From: Bugula neritina
Lineage: Eukaryota > Animalia > Bryozoa
Direction of reading: 5' to 3'
Assembly (NCBI GenBank): GCA_964035545.1
Contig: OZ037770.1
Span: 11,924,463-11,988,462 of the forward strand
Length of the DNA: 64,000 nt
The position numbers and the translations under genes are program-made. Position 1 is the stretch's first letter. The number at the start of each line of letters is the position of its first letter. Of this stretch, positions 13,441 to 24,945 are shown one piece after another. The notes beneath the pieces are model-generated. The model had not been told where the DNA came from and ran no database searches. It saw nothing but the letters and a program-made list of their open reading frames with translations.

Positions 13441-13929
13441 TGTGGTAAATGTTAGAGTTATCACCCTTTACAAGCCACTACAAGAACCTATATTTAACAT
13501 AATAGTATTACTAACCAGTGAATGGTGTTCCCCTTTCCCCCTTTGTTACATGTTACAATATTCATGTATACTTGGTTGAGCTCAATTTGGCTGATTAATG
13601 TAAACTGACAGTCAACCGAAGTTTGGTTGCTAGCTTGCCAACATTTCGAGTGTCGGACTCCGACATTGCGAATCTCGGAATACCAAGCCCGACATTTTCG
13701 AACTTCGGCCGATTGTCGGTAGAATGTTCTAGAACCTTTTGTCTGGGTAGTATAAAAGGAGGCACATTTTGAGCTCCAGTCAGTTGAAGACTGGAGCTCG
13801 GACTGGAAGGATCAACTATACTAATAAAGATTACACACCACACACTACCAACACCCTCTTGCTTCTCTTTCTCTTACAAGGAGTTATGTTCTCTGCCTGA
13901 TTGCATTCAATAACCCACAAGTTACTACA
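13441..13929 (+). mobile_element. Solo LTR (489 bp, Gypsy-like)
   Basis: TGTGGTAA...TTACTACA termini, ATAT target-site duplication (13437-13440, 13930-13933), internal TATAAAAG and AATAAA; the paralogous site near 27955 is empty. Confidence 0.85.
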
Positions 13930-14357
13930 ATATTTACAGTCAATTGAGTTTTGGCCCTTTTTATTCAATTTTTGATTTAATAACTACAATGTACTGCTTT
14001 ATATCCTCTGGTCAGCTAGATGACCAGCTTATTTTAATTCATGAGATCTAAAATATGTTATATGAATATAGTTTTAGTAACTTATTTGCTTCTTTGCTAT
14101 TGAAATGTTTTGTTATTCAAATTGATTAGAAAATGCAGATTTTTCAAAAGTATGAGCCTAAAGTTTTGGTATTGAAGTTGCATTTTAGTTTTAATCTCTG
14201 TTTTATATTCTAGTTGATAGTATATTGGTCTTGTTTTAAATACAATTCAGTGCCCAATTAAGATGTGTTCCTAGCTGTGTTTTGCTTCAACATACAGCAC
14301 TGGCAACCAAGTGTATAATTTATGTAATATACTATAAAAATATAATAATACACTATA

Positions 14358-14570
14358 GGGAGCAGCTGTGAACTAAGGGCTGGAGCATTTGGCTTAGCAT
14401 ACTCGGAGTCATGGTTCAAACTTCGGCAAAGGCCATTGGTGATGATAGGAAGGGCATCCAGTCATAATTGCTCTCTGCCACATATAAATAAATCTTTAGC
14501 CTGATTTAACAAAAAAATCTTTCATCAGGGGCTTCTTACAGGGATGGTGACTATCACCTTGAGTGTGTTG
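14358..14570 (+). mobile_element. tRNA-derived SINE
   Basis: Degenerate A/B-box head, central AGGAAGGGCATCCAGTCATAA, tail CAGGGATGGTGACTAT; shared with five other copies in the window. Boundaries approximate. Confidence 0.7.
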
Positions 14571-14664
14571 AAGTGTAAACCGTTCTCAAATGACTGAGAG
14601 CATGCTACATAGTATATAGTTTGGGAAGTCTGACTATAATATCTGAACTGAAATCTTCATGTAA

Positions 14665-14874
14665 GCAGGAAACTCTATAAGTCACACAAGTTTAGAGAAC
14701 CCCTGATGAAAAGAAACTCTTCAAATAAGGCTTAGAATTTATTCAGATGTGGTACAGGAGCAGTTATGACTGGATGCTCTTCCTAACATCTCCGATAGCC
14801 TTTAATGGGGTTCGAACTCATGACAACCGGGCTACTAAGCCAAACACTCTAACCCTTAGACCACGGCCGCTTTC
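14665..14874 (-). mobile_element. tRNA-derived SINE (inverted partner of 14358-14570)
   Basis: Reverse complement has a GTTCGAACC B-box and the same central motif. Confidence 0.7.
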
Positions 14875-15119
14875 TATAATAAACTCTAAATTGGAGTTGC
14901 ATTAAACTCGAATGAGTAACTTATAGCTCAGAATAATACCTTGACAATAGTACATGATTGAACATTTATATAAATAAAAATAAAATTTGTATTTTATATT
15001 AGATAACTAAATTAGTTTTAAATCAAATTAATTTGAACTTCTGAGTTAGTCAGACTGGTCAGTTAAAATGAAGTGAAGTTACTTGTTGGCCGGCTTTTAG
15101 TTTCAAAATTTCTATATAA

Positions 15120-17313
15120 TTTGTAGTTGATAATTAATGATAGGAGTCCACAGGAATCCACAGGAGCATGAGGACCGGCTAGAGCAGGTTTTGAAGAGAC
15201 TGCAAGAAAATGGAATCACCCTCAATGCAGAAAAATTTAAATTTCAGAAGACTGAGTTGAAATTTCTTGGTCATGTCATAGGTGCCGAGGGTATTAAAGC
15301 TGACCCGGAAAAGACAATGGCTGTGACGAAGTTTCCAACTCCGTGTAACAGGCAGGAGCTGCGCAGGTTTTTTGGCATGGTGAACTATATGGGAAAGTTT
15401 TCCGCTGCTATTGCAGAAAAGTCGAGAAAGCTGCATCAATTACTTGGTAAAAATTCTGATTGGTACTGGGGGCCAGTACAAGAGAAAGAGTTTGCATGCT
15501 TGAAGTCTATGATGGCCAGCACTCCCACTTTAGTTCCGTACAGTCTTCATAGAAAAACGATGCTCAGTGCAGACTCATCATCGTTTGGCCTTGGGGCGAC
15601 GTTGCTGCAACTAGTTAATGAAATCTGGAACCCTGTGGCCTTTGCATCTAGGTCTTTGACTAGTGCTGAGCAGCAATACGCACAGATTGAAAAAGAGGCT
15701 CTAGCAATCTGCTGGGCTTGTGAAAAGTTTCATTACTTTCTGGCAGGTCGTCAGTTCACAGTGGAGATTGATCACAAGCCTCTGCTCTCAATTCTTGGTG
15801 GGAAAGATTTAGCTAAATTACCTGTCCGGTGCAACGGCTTAGATTAAGGATGATGTCATTCACTTATGATGTGGTCTTTCCACCGGGTAGAAAGTTGGTA
15901 CTGGCTGATACTTTGTCTAGGGCACCTTACTCAGGACCACAGGAAGCCCAAGGGGAACCTTTGCTGGTGTAGGAGCTAATAGATGCTATTCCTGTTTCCC
16001 CAACTCGTCTGCGCCGCATTCAGGCTGCTATGTGGACAGAAGATGAAGGTAGAATTCTCTTGAAATACATTATGGAGGGATGGCCTAGGATAAAGGATGT
16101 CGACTTGTCTATGAAGCAATTTTACACGTTCAGAGACAGCTTGACCACAGTTCAAGGAGTAGTATTTTTTGAAAACCGTCTATACATTCCCAAAGTCGAG
16201 AGAGACCGAGTTTTGAAGGAAATACACGATGGTCACCAAGGAGAGACTAAATGTATTCGTAGGGCAGTTGATGTAATTTGGTGGCCTGGCATGACAGCTG
16301 ATATTAGATCGTTAGTGAAAGGCTGTTCTAAGTGTGAAAAATTTCGATTGAAACCTTGGGAGCCCCTGGTCTGTTCCTCTTGGCCTGACAGGCCATGGTG
16401 GCACTTAGCAGTTGACCTATGTACCAAGGATGGACGAACATATTTAGTGGTGGTGGATTACTACAGCAGGTACATTACGGTTAATGAACTCAATGATTCG
16501 TCCGACACAAAAACTATAGTTTCCAAGCTCGAAACACTTTTCTGCTTGCTAGGCATTCCTAATACATTAGTCAGTGATAATATACTACAATTTGTGTCCG
16601 ATAGATTTCAGTTTTTCCTGTCAAAATGGGATGTTAAACACATAACTAGTTCTCTGAAGTATCTCCAGTCAAATGGTGAGGCGGAAAGAGCTGTTCAGAC
16701 GGTGAAGGGCTTGATGAAGAAAAACGTCAACATTCAGGCTACACTGTGTGCGTACAGAAACAGACCCTTGGCCAACGGGTACTCACCAACTGAGCTTATG
16801 TTTTGTCGGTCCCTGAATTCTATGGGTGTCATGCCAAACGAAAGCGTTAATTTGAGCTGGCTTCGGCAATTTGAGGCGGGTCAACGAAAGGCACAAGCGC
16901 TCTATTATAACAGGAGGCATCGAGCTAAAGAAAGGGAACCAATGGAAGTAGGTCAGGCGATAAAGATCAACGATGGAAGTCAGCTGAAAGACGGAGTTGT
17001 AATTGCGACTAAAGGCAGAGAAATTGTATCGTCAAATAACTCGGGAGTAATGCTATGTAGAAATCGCTCTCAAATATCTAAACCAGCTGATATTGCATCA
17101 CCGACAGCAGAAGATTCTACTGTTGGTGAGAGGCAGTCCCCAGAGCAGCCCAACACTCACCAGCCGTTTGAAGTATCTCCCTCTACACATTTGACCTGTC
17201 CAGAAACTATGAATAAAGATAGTCAATCGTCGCTGACTCGGGAACCTAATAAATCTACTCGAAGATCTAGGAGTGATCGGACAATACGACAGCCTGAAAG
17301 GCTGGACTCATAG
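15120..17313 (+). pseudogene. 5'-truncated, disrupted Ty3/Gypsy pol (RT C-terminus, RNase H, integrase)
   Basis: FLGHVI, LRRFFGMVNY, ADSSSFGLGA, YAQIEKEALA, DHKPL, ADTLSR, zinc finger H-x2-H...C-x2-C, VDYYSRY, SDN, NGEAERAVQ. One-base frameshift near 15829 and in-frame TAG at 15970. Confidence 0.93.
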
Positions 17314-17469
17314 CCATAGTTTGGCTGCCTACTAGTTTTTTTTGTGTTAAAATTTTTGTTTGTGTTTCTTCATTTGTCTTATGCACTAGGAGTGCTCTAA
17401 AAAAAGAGGAACAAAAAACAAAATGAATTGAAAATGAAAATTTAAAAGGACTGAACTAAAAAAAGGTGC

Positions 17470-17690
17470 TGTTGGTATGAAATTTGCTAATCAATTCTAT
17501 CCCCCTATTCACACTTACCGTATCGTACGCCGTAACAGCAAATATCAGCCAATTTTACAAATGTCTGAGCTTCCTGTACGGTGTTGCGGTACGGCAGCAC
17601 TGCTTGATTCAAATAATTTGCGGCGGACTCCTATTAGACAGAAAAACTTTTGCGTTAATTCATTGGATATAATTGTCCAATGAAGTGTCA
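17470..17690 (+). mobile_element. Possible 3' LTR of the Gypsy element
   Basis: Purine run (AAAAAAAGG) followed by TGTTGG...; ends TGTCA at the junction with the (GTAGTG)n repeat. No partner LTR to confirm. Confidence 0.4.
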
Positions 17691-18009
17691 GTGGTAGTGG
17701 TAGTGGTAGTGGTAGTGGCAGCGGTGGTAGTAGCAGCATTAGTACAAAGAAAGTTAACTATCAACTGGGTTGTTAATTACAATATGATCAGCCACTATAT
17801 GTTTTATCCATGCACAATGCACATTAAACATAAGCACATGCCATTGAAACAAAGTCATGCTCTTAAAATTATATTCACATAGTTGGATAATAAATTGACA
17901 AACTTCTATGATGATATTGATTTGTTAATGCATAATTTATTGCTAAAGAACTACCAATTTAAAGCTGAATTTATACACAATGGTTATATTATTTGTATTT
18001 GCTTAGAGA

Positions 18010-19186
18010 ATGGATGTAGATGGAGCTCTGCATACCAGCCACTTGCAGCAGACGACTACAACGGAGTTCTACTATGTCACTGACCATCATATAGACAGCG
18101 TCACGTGGAACTACTTGAGATGGTAAGTAGGGTATCTAAACAGGCTACTAGTGACAGTAAACAGGGATACTTTACCTTTCATTAGTATTACAAGGAATAC
18201 AATAGTAAAAAGTGGAAATTTAAAAACAACAGGAGCAAAAGTGACAATAAAAGAAAGCTTTTTTATAAAAATAAAACGAAACCTGTTTTTAATAAAAAAG
18301 TGAAAATTTTGAGCCTGGAAAGGTGTTGGTTCATTTTTTTCTAACTAGCAAAGGTGAGGCTGCCCAAAAGAGTAGCCCTATAATATTAATAACCCTGGGT
18401 TTGGGACTAATAATTGTTCTAGTACTGTGTCAGCATGGATGCTGAATGACACGGATGCCTATGTTTTGTGATAGCACCGATGTTGGAAGCACAGATGCAG
18501 ACCACAACTTACCCTTTTGCCAACAAATTTTTTTACAAAACTGTAACAATTATTTAGACGATAAAGTTAAAGTTGCCTGCATTTTCAACAAGAGGAAAAT
18601 TGAGCTGTACTCTCTCATCAATCAATACCTATAAGAAAAAAGTTATTGCAAAAATTTTTCACAAAAAGCTTTCATCAAACAATATTTTACTTAAAGCTAG
18701 AACGAAAAGCTCCTGCAACAAGTACTAATACCAATAATAGTGTTATTACACAATCACTAATAAAATTTTCATTTTGTGATAATTTATGTTTTCAGGGTAG
18801 CGCTGCCGTTTGCCGCGATAGTTGTGGTGGTGCTGATGTTCTGCCATTGCTACAGATACAAGCTCCGTCGGCAGCAACAGCAGGAAGCTCTGCAAGCGAG
18901 ACAGTCCATCCAGTTGAGTGCTGCCACTAGCAGTCGCCAAAGACCATGTGTACCAGCAACTGGAAGACAGCTGCCGGAAGGAGCGTACCCTAAGCAGCAG
19001 TACTACTGTACGGGTAGCCATATGGTGGGGTGTGAAGCTGGGGCTTCTATACCACAACCAGGATATGGTTTCACGGCTCCTCCTATGTATTCATTACACG
19101 AACCTTCCAAAGGTCCGCCTAGTTATGATGATGTCGTGGCCCCACCTTCCTCTGATGCTGCGGCTGCTACGCCAACACAGCAATAA
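18010..19186 (+). CDS. Small single-pass PPxY membrane protein, copy 2 (exons 18010-18122, 18796-19186; 167 aa)
   Basis: Same exon lengths and splice sites as copy 1; only a few amino-acid changes. Confidence 0.8.
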
Positions 19187-21167
19187 AAAACGAATCACAT
19201 TCTCTAAGCATAAACTGTTGTTATTTTAAGTAACTCAATGAAATATTTATCACACTTTCAAATTAACACTAAAAATTTTATTGTTTTGAGCCAATCAATT
19301 TTATGTTGCATGAGCATGGCATAGCAATTCCTTTTTTTTATTTTTTGTTTTTGCAAACTTTTAATCAGCCATCATATTATTAGCATGAGTAATGTTACAA
19401 TATGGTGGCATATGTTGGCTCCCAATAAATAAACAGGCCAATGTGCATTTCTATGCTTTGGCAAATTGTAAGTGAAAATTCTTAACTTACAGATCTCACT
19501 GACATCTTTTCCTGATGCTCAAAGTTGTATTTATTTTGTGACTTATTTTATGCGATATTCACCTATACTAATAATATATTTTAAAATAATAAATTGTGTG
19601 ATAGAGATAGTTTTCTGATAAAACATACAATCTTTTAGTTGCAATACAAACTAATTTAGCATTTGTGTACAACTTCAACTGAAGCATTATGCTACTCTAT
19701 ACACTTCAGCTCTTGTGATTCATGAAAAGTACTCAAAAATAGGTTGAATGCATATTTTTTGCTTTTAGCCTATAGTCTTTTTATACATTGAAAGTTAGTT
19801 ACCTAAAGATTCCAAGTTCTACTACCTCTCTTATATCACATGTTTTGCCATCTCTACTAAGATTTTTACTACTAGAAAACCTGCCACACCACCATTGCGG
19901 CATGTGTGTGCCGTGCGTGTGTGTGTCAGGCTGTTGTATGAGTTGTATGAGATGCTACGATTTCACCAAAGTCACGAATTGGGTCATCTGGTGTCGAAAC
20001 AAAATGACAATATATAACTTCACGTATGCACAACTTTTAAACTCAGTATATTATTGTGTATATTGTTCATATACATTCACTGCTGAATAATTTGAAATTT
20101 GTTATAACATAAAATAGGATACAGATAACATTTTTAGGTTTATTATCTATTAACTTAAATCAACGTAAAATCTGATTACTCATAACATTTTCTTCCATGC
20201 CTTTCATGTGCCTCTACAGACGTCCTTCAAATGCAATTTAGACCGACCTGAAGCCTTCCCATGTGAAGGATTTGTAGGAATAGCCACCTTCTATTCTGCA
20301 TACATGTCCAAGTCATTGAAGCTGTCGATGGCTCAAGAGGGTGGAGATTGTCTAATTATTACTTTAACCTGAGTAATTATGAGTATATTTATCAATATTG
20401 TAAAGGTTAGGTTGATAGCGTGCAGCTACTTGAAGGCATTGGTGTGTTCATATTCTGTAACTTAATTTACCTTGCATGTTTGACAATAGTTTTGTTTATA
20501 GCTAAGCTATTGTACTTTTAATATATTCTTGTGCTTTTGGTACTAAATATTTTGTAAAGCCACCATGTTTTACCCCAATTAAATAAACACTGTACCAAGA
20601 ATAAAGAGATCTTTAGCTAGTAAAATAGACTACTGAACCTTGTGGGAAGGGGTTTGGGGTGCTCTGTAATTTGAACCTCATACTTGTAAGAATATATTAG
20701 TATATCATTTTACTAGCAATATATTACTCCAGCTAGTGAAATCTTTGCTTGGAAAACGCATTATATATTGGAGTTGTGTTACACTACTGCTCTGGCCTAT
20801 TTAACCGGCCAATACTTCACTCAAACTGAGCTTAAAAGCTACACAAGCAGAAGTGTCAATTTTTAAGAGCTCAGGGGGGGGGGTGTGAATTGTCCAATAT
20901 TCAGACACTATTGTTATGCATTGATTTTCAAGTAATTATTGGTGCTTACTGGTTATTACAATGCAATTATTATCTTTATTTTGTATGAGATGTGTTAACG
21001 AAAACAAAGATTATTGGAAATACTTTAGCGAGTCATGGTTGATTGAAGTGAGAGTGTAAACTTGGCAGCTAGTCAGCAAATCTGAAACTGTATCAGTTGC
21101 AACATTTAACCTACAGAGAAAATTTTGCTATCAGCTGGTAAACAATTAAAGCAACATTCTTATTATT

Positions 21168-23958
21168 ATGGAGTTCCCAGTTTCAGGTTCATATGATTTG
21201 AAGGTTACACATGTACCTGAGAAGAAAGACTTGTCTGCAGAATCAGAGAACTATGACAGCCCTGAGGAAGGAATCACTTCTGTTGTATTGGTTGTAGAAG
21301 GGAGGAAACTGTACTATACTAAAGAGGTTTGTATGTTGAAGACAATAAAGTTGATTAATTCATCTGTGGCTTGTATATAAGCTGAGACACCAATCTAACT
21401 TAAGTTATCAATACTTCCGATCCTTTACATATTATGCATGAAATTATTTTTGAGTTCTTTTATAAACGTGTAAATAGTTACCTTATATCGAACAGCAGGA
21501 ATTGGCCAACCCACAGATTAGCGGTTTTTTTTTGGTATCCTATAATTCTTTCTAGTCTTTATATCACCTGTATAAAAAAGCCACATCCCTGTAGCCAATC
21601 ACTGATTTAAAACAATATTTTAAGCCAGCTCAGGAATCTCTATAACTAATGATAAATTAAAACAGTAGTTAATTATAGATTTTTTTGTAAATTATAGCTC
21701 TAAACTGGTGAATATAATACAAATTTGCTAAACTATAGTTGTTTGGTTAAACTAAGGATCATAAACTGTAAAAAATTGGTTACTATCCTAACTGAACTGA
21801 AACAAACACTCTGTGTGTTTGAGTTAGAGTTGTAATTCTTTTTAAAGACAGATACAGCATGTTTTAACCATTATACTACTAATTTGTTAAATTCCAGAAT
21901 ATATAAAATGATAAATATTATTACTGCATATTGCCTGTAGAAGTGCCATAACCGTGAAATACTCAAACTGCATATCTGGTTTCATTTTTATTTTGTTTCA
22001 ACCCCTCCCCCCCTCCTTTGTTCAATAGAATATTAATATGTTTTAGTGAGTAAATTGTAATAATATTATTTATTTATATACAGCTTTTAGCTATGGCTTC
22101 TCCAGTCTTTAAAGCTCAGATGTGTAAAGAGACTGGATTATATCAGGAAGAAGTTGAATTACCTGAAAAGAAGTATCAATCAGTTGTGTGGATGTTAGAC
22201 TATCTAAATCCTAGAATCAGATTTAACATGGCAGGTCTGCTTTATATTTAAACATTTGCATACAAAAATTTGTAGTTTTGTATTTTCTAAAACTAATGCA
22301 ATTCAGGCGTTGAGATTTTTTTTAAAGCATAGAACAAACTCATGGCCACTGGAAAATATAGAGTAGAGCCAATTATACTGGAATCCTCCAATTTTCAGCT
22401 GTACAGAGAAATCGTAAAGCAAATATTAATCGAATGTCTATCATATTATATAAAGAAGTTAACAAAATGAAGAAGTAGAATAACAAATCAGTTTATAATA
22501 ACTTAGTGAATGTAGTATTACCTGCAAAATTTGATTCACGCCTTTTACAACAATTATTGATCATACGTGTCTTTGATAACTTTGAAATTAAAATTTGAAA
22601 GCCCAACCATTTACAAAAATAACATAATTAACATGGGTAGCTTTTGATTTAAGATAATATAAAATTTTGTTATTCCTGCATTATAAAATTTACATCGCAT
22701 GCATAATATATTACTAACTATATACTTTAACCTTTTTATTATTTTTTCAAAGTAATGTAATTCATCTACCTTATAACACAGCATTTGGTATGTCTTTTTC
22801 TATATATTCACCATACTATAATTAATAAACTTTCATATTTAGAAGCAACTGCAACTAGTGTATATTATCTTTTACAGACGAGAAAGCAGTTGCTCTACTC
22901 CCATTGGCAGATGAGTATGAAATGGAGTTGCTAAAAGAAGACTGTGAAAGTATGTTACTGAAAGTACCGCCAAGACTGGAGTTAGTCACTCTTGCTCTCA
23001 AATACAACCTGGAAAACCTATTGAAACATGCTAAACAGCAGTGTGTAACCAGTTTAAGTCATACACAACTTGAAAAGCAAAGAAAACGGTCTGAAAACAG
23101 AAATGTTGACTTGGAAATATACATAAAAATTCTCTGGTAAGATTTCCAGTTTAGATTTCTAACTTCTGAAGTGTGCCATACATTTTCACATATTATGGTA
23201 GTTATACACTTTTAAAATAATCTTTGACCACATTTTTAATCAAATCACACTCTAACGTCCAATCTACGATGCTTAGTGACAGTGTTAAATTTAAGTCTGC
23301 TAAGCGATTCTAAAATGTTTTTCGTTGCTTCTCAGCAAAGCAGTTCAAGATTCTCAACATAATTAAAAAAGAGAGACAATTAATGAAAATACATTTGTGG
23401 AAGATAATATAAAAATGTTGCTATAGAGATATGCTTTGTGCAAGCAGCTTAGATTTTATAAAAAAAAGCCTGAAAAATGTGAAAAAGTTTAAAAAATTTA
23501 CAACTGTCTATGTTTAATTTGCATTCTTAGAAAAGACAAAGCATGATAATTGCAAATCAAAATATAACAGGCAGGAGAGTCATTTCAACATGTTTCATCG
23601 TGAATTCACCAAATTCTCTACTTTTTTTAAAATAGAATTTATTTTTGTAACTTGATAGATATTTAGCAAATAATGCCTCAGATATACAAAAAATTAGCTA
23701 TAAAACAACTTTCATAAGATTTTGACTGAAATCTGCTAACAAATATAGTAAAAGTGTCCTATTTATTGTTTTAGCAAGAAGTTGGATAAGTATGCAAGTG
23801 TTGGTGCTCAACCAACTGTGGGAACTTCAACAACTGTGGCAGCTTCGACAGCTACGGCAGGTGTTGGATTATTTGGAAATTCCTCAAGTACCGCATTTGG
23901 TGGTTATGTTTTTGGTTCCAAACCGGGTGGCGGCGTGTTTAATAATTCAACAAAGTAA
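21168..23958 (+). CDS. BTB/POZ protein with C-terminal FG tail, copy 2 (exons 21168-21326, 22084-22234, 22878-23136, 23775-23958; 250 aa)
   Basis: In-frame GT-AG joins; the last exon encodes ...STATAGVGLFGNSSSTAFGGYVFGSKPGGGVFNNSTK*. Confidence 0.85.
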
Positions 23959-24945
23959 CAATTAGTTAGCTGACTTTATAACTCTTCATTAGCATCATAT
24001 TATAGTATAATTTGTTAATGTGTCTATCAAGTAACATTTTCAGCTTCTAAAATAAAGTCACCTAATTTTAAGGTTATAATATAAATTTACATACATTTTC
24101 ACTAATCAAAGCTCTTTAGTCATCAGCACTATTGTTCATTAAAATGGTTGATGATTTCCTATTTTTACGCTGTACAATTTATAAATTCTATAAATAAAGG
24201 AGAAGAAAATACTATAAATAGTAATATTAGAAGACACAAAATATTAAAGTTCTTGTAATGGGTTCATAGCCCACTTTATCTTCATATGTCATACAGTAAG
24301 CAAGCAGCTTTTGTTTGAAAGTATTTGAAAGTGGTTATTCTGCACTGTAGTTTATCAACCTTTATACCATTATATTGTTATCTATATGTTTAGGTGTAAC
24401 TTTCTCTCAAAGGACAATTAGGAACCCACTAAATATAATGACTATATATAGTATATATTTTTGGAAACATGGTGGAGTTTGAAACTTAAAATATGGTCTA
24501 CCAGTAAACCGAATCTAAATTTAAAAATCTATTCAAATAATAAGCTCTATGTTGGAGTTGTATTACACTTGAAGAAATATTTAATTGGTAAAGTAGCAAC
24601 AGCTTATAACACTAAAACCCTAACAATAGTACATGATTGAACATTTATAGTTAGGCATTCATGTGTGAATTGATTGCCAATATGCAAGCTATATATACTT
24701 TTGTTCATTAATTTTTACCTTTCCAGTTCAAAACAAAAGTTATTATTATAGTATAACTATTTTCTTTACTTCATGCTGATTGTTTCACAAATAACAAAGA
24801 GTGTTAATGAAAGAATAAAACATAATGAAAGGGAACATAGACTTAGCAGTTATAGTGCCTGAATAACCTGAGACTGTATAATTAGTTTTACTATTTACTC
24901 AGCAGACATTACACACTTGGTAAACAGAGCCTTTTTCTCATTATC

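Noticed and set aside
14358-14430. tRNA gene
   Set aside because: No intact cloverleaf; it is the degenerate head of a SINE.
14695-14730. CTGATGA...GAAA hammerhead-like string in a SINE
   Set aside because: No stem II is possible and the motif is not conserved in the other SINE copies.
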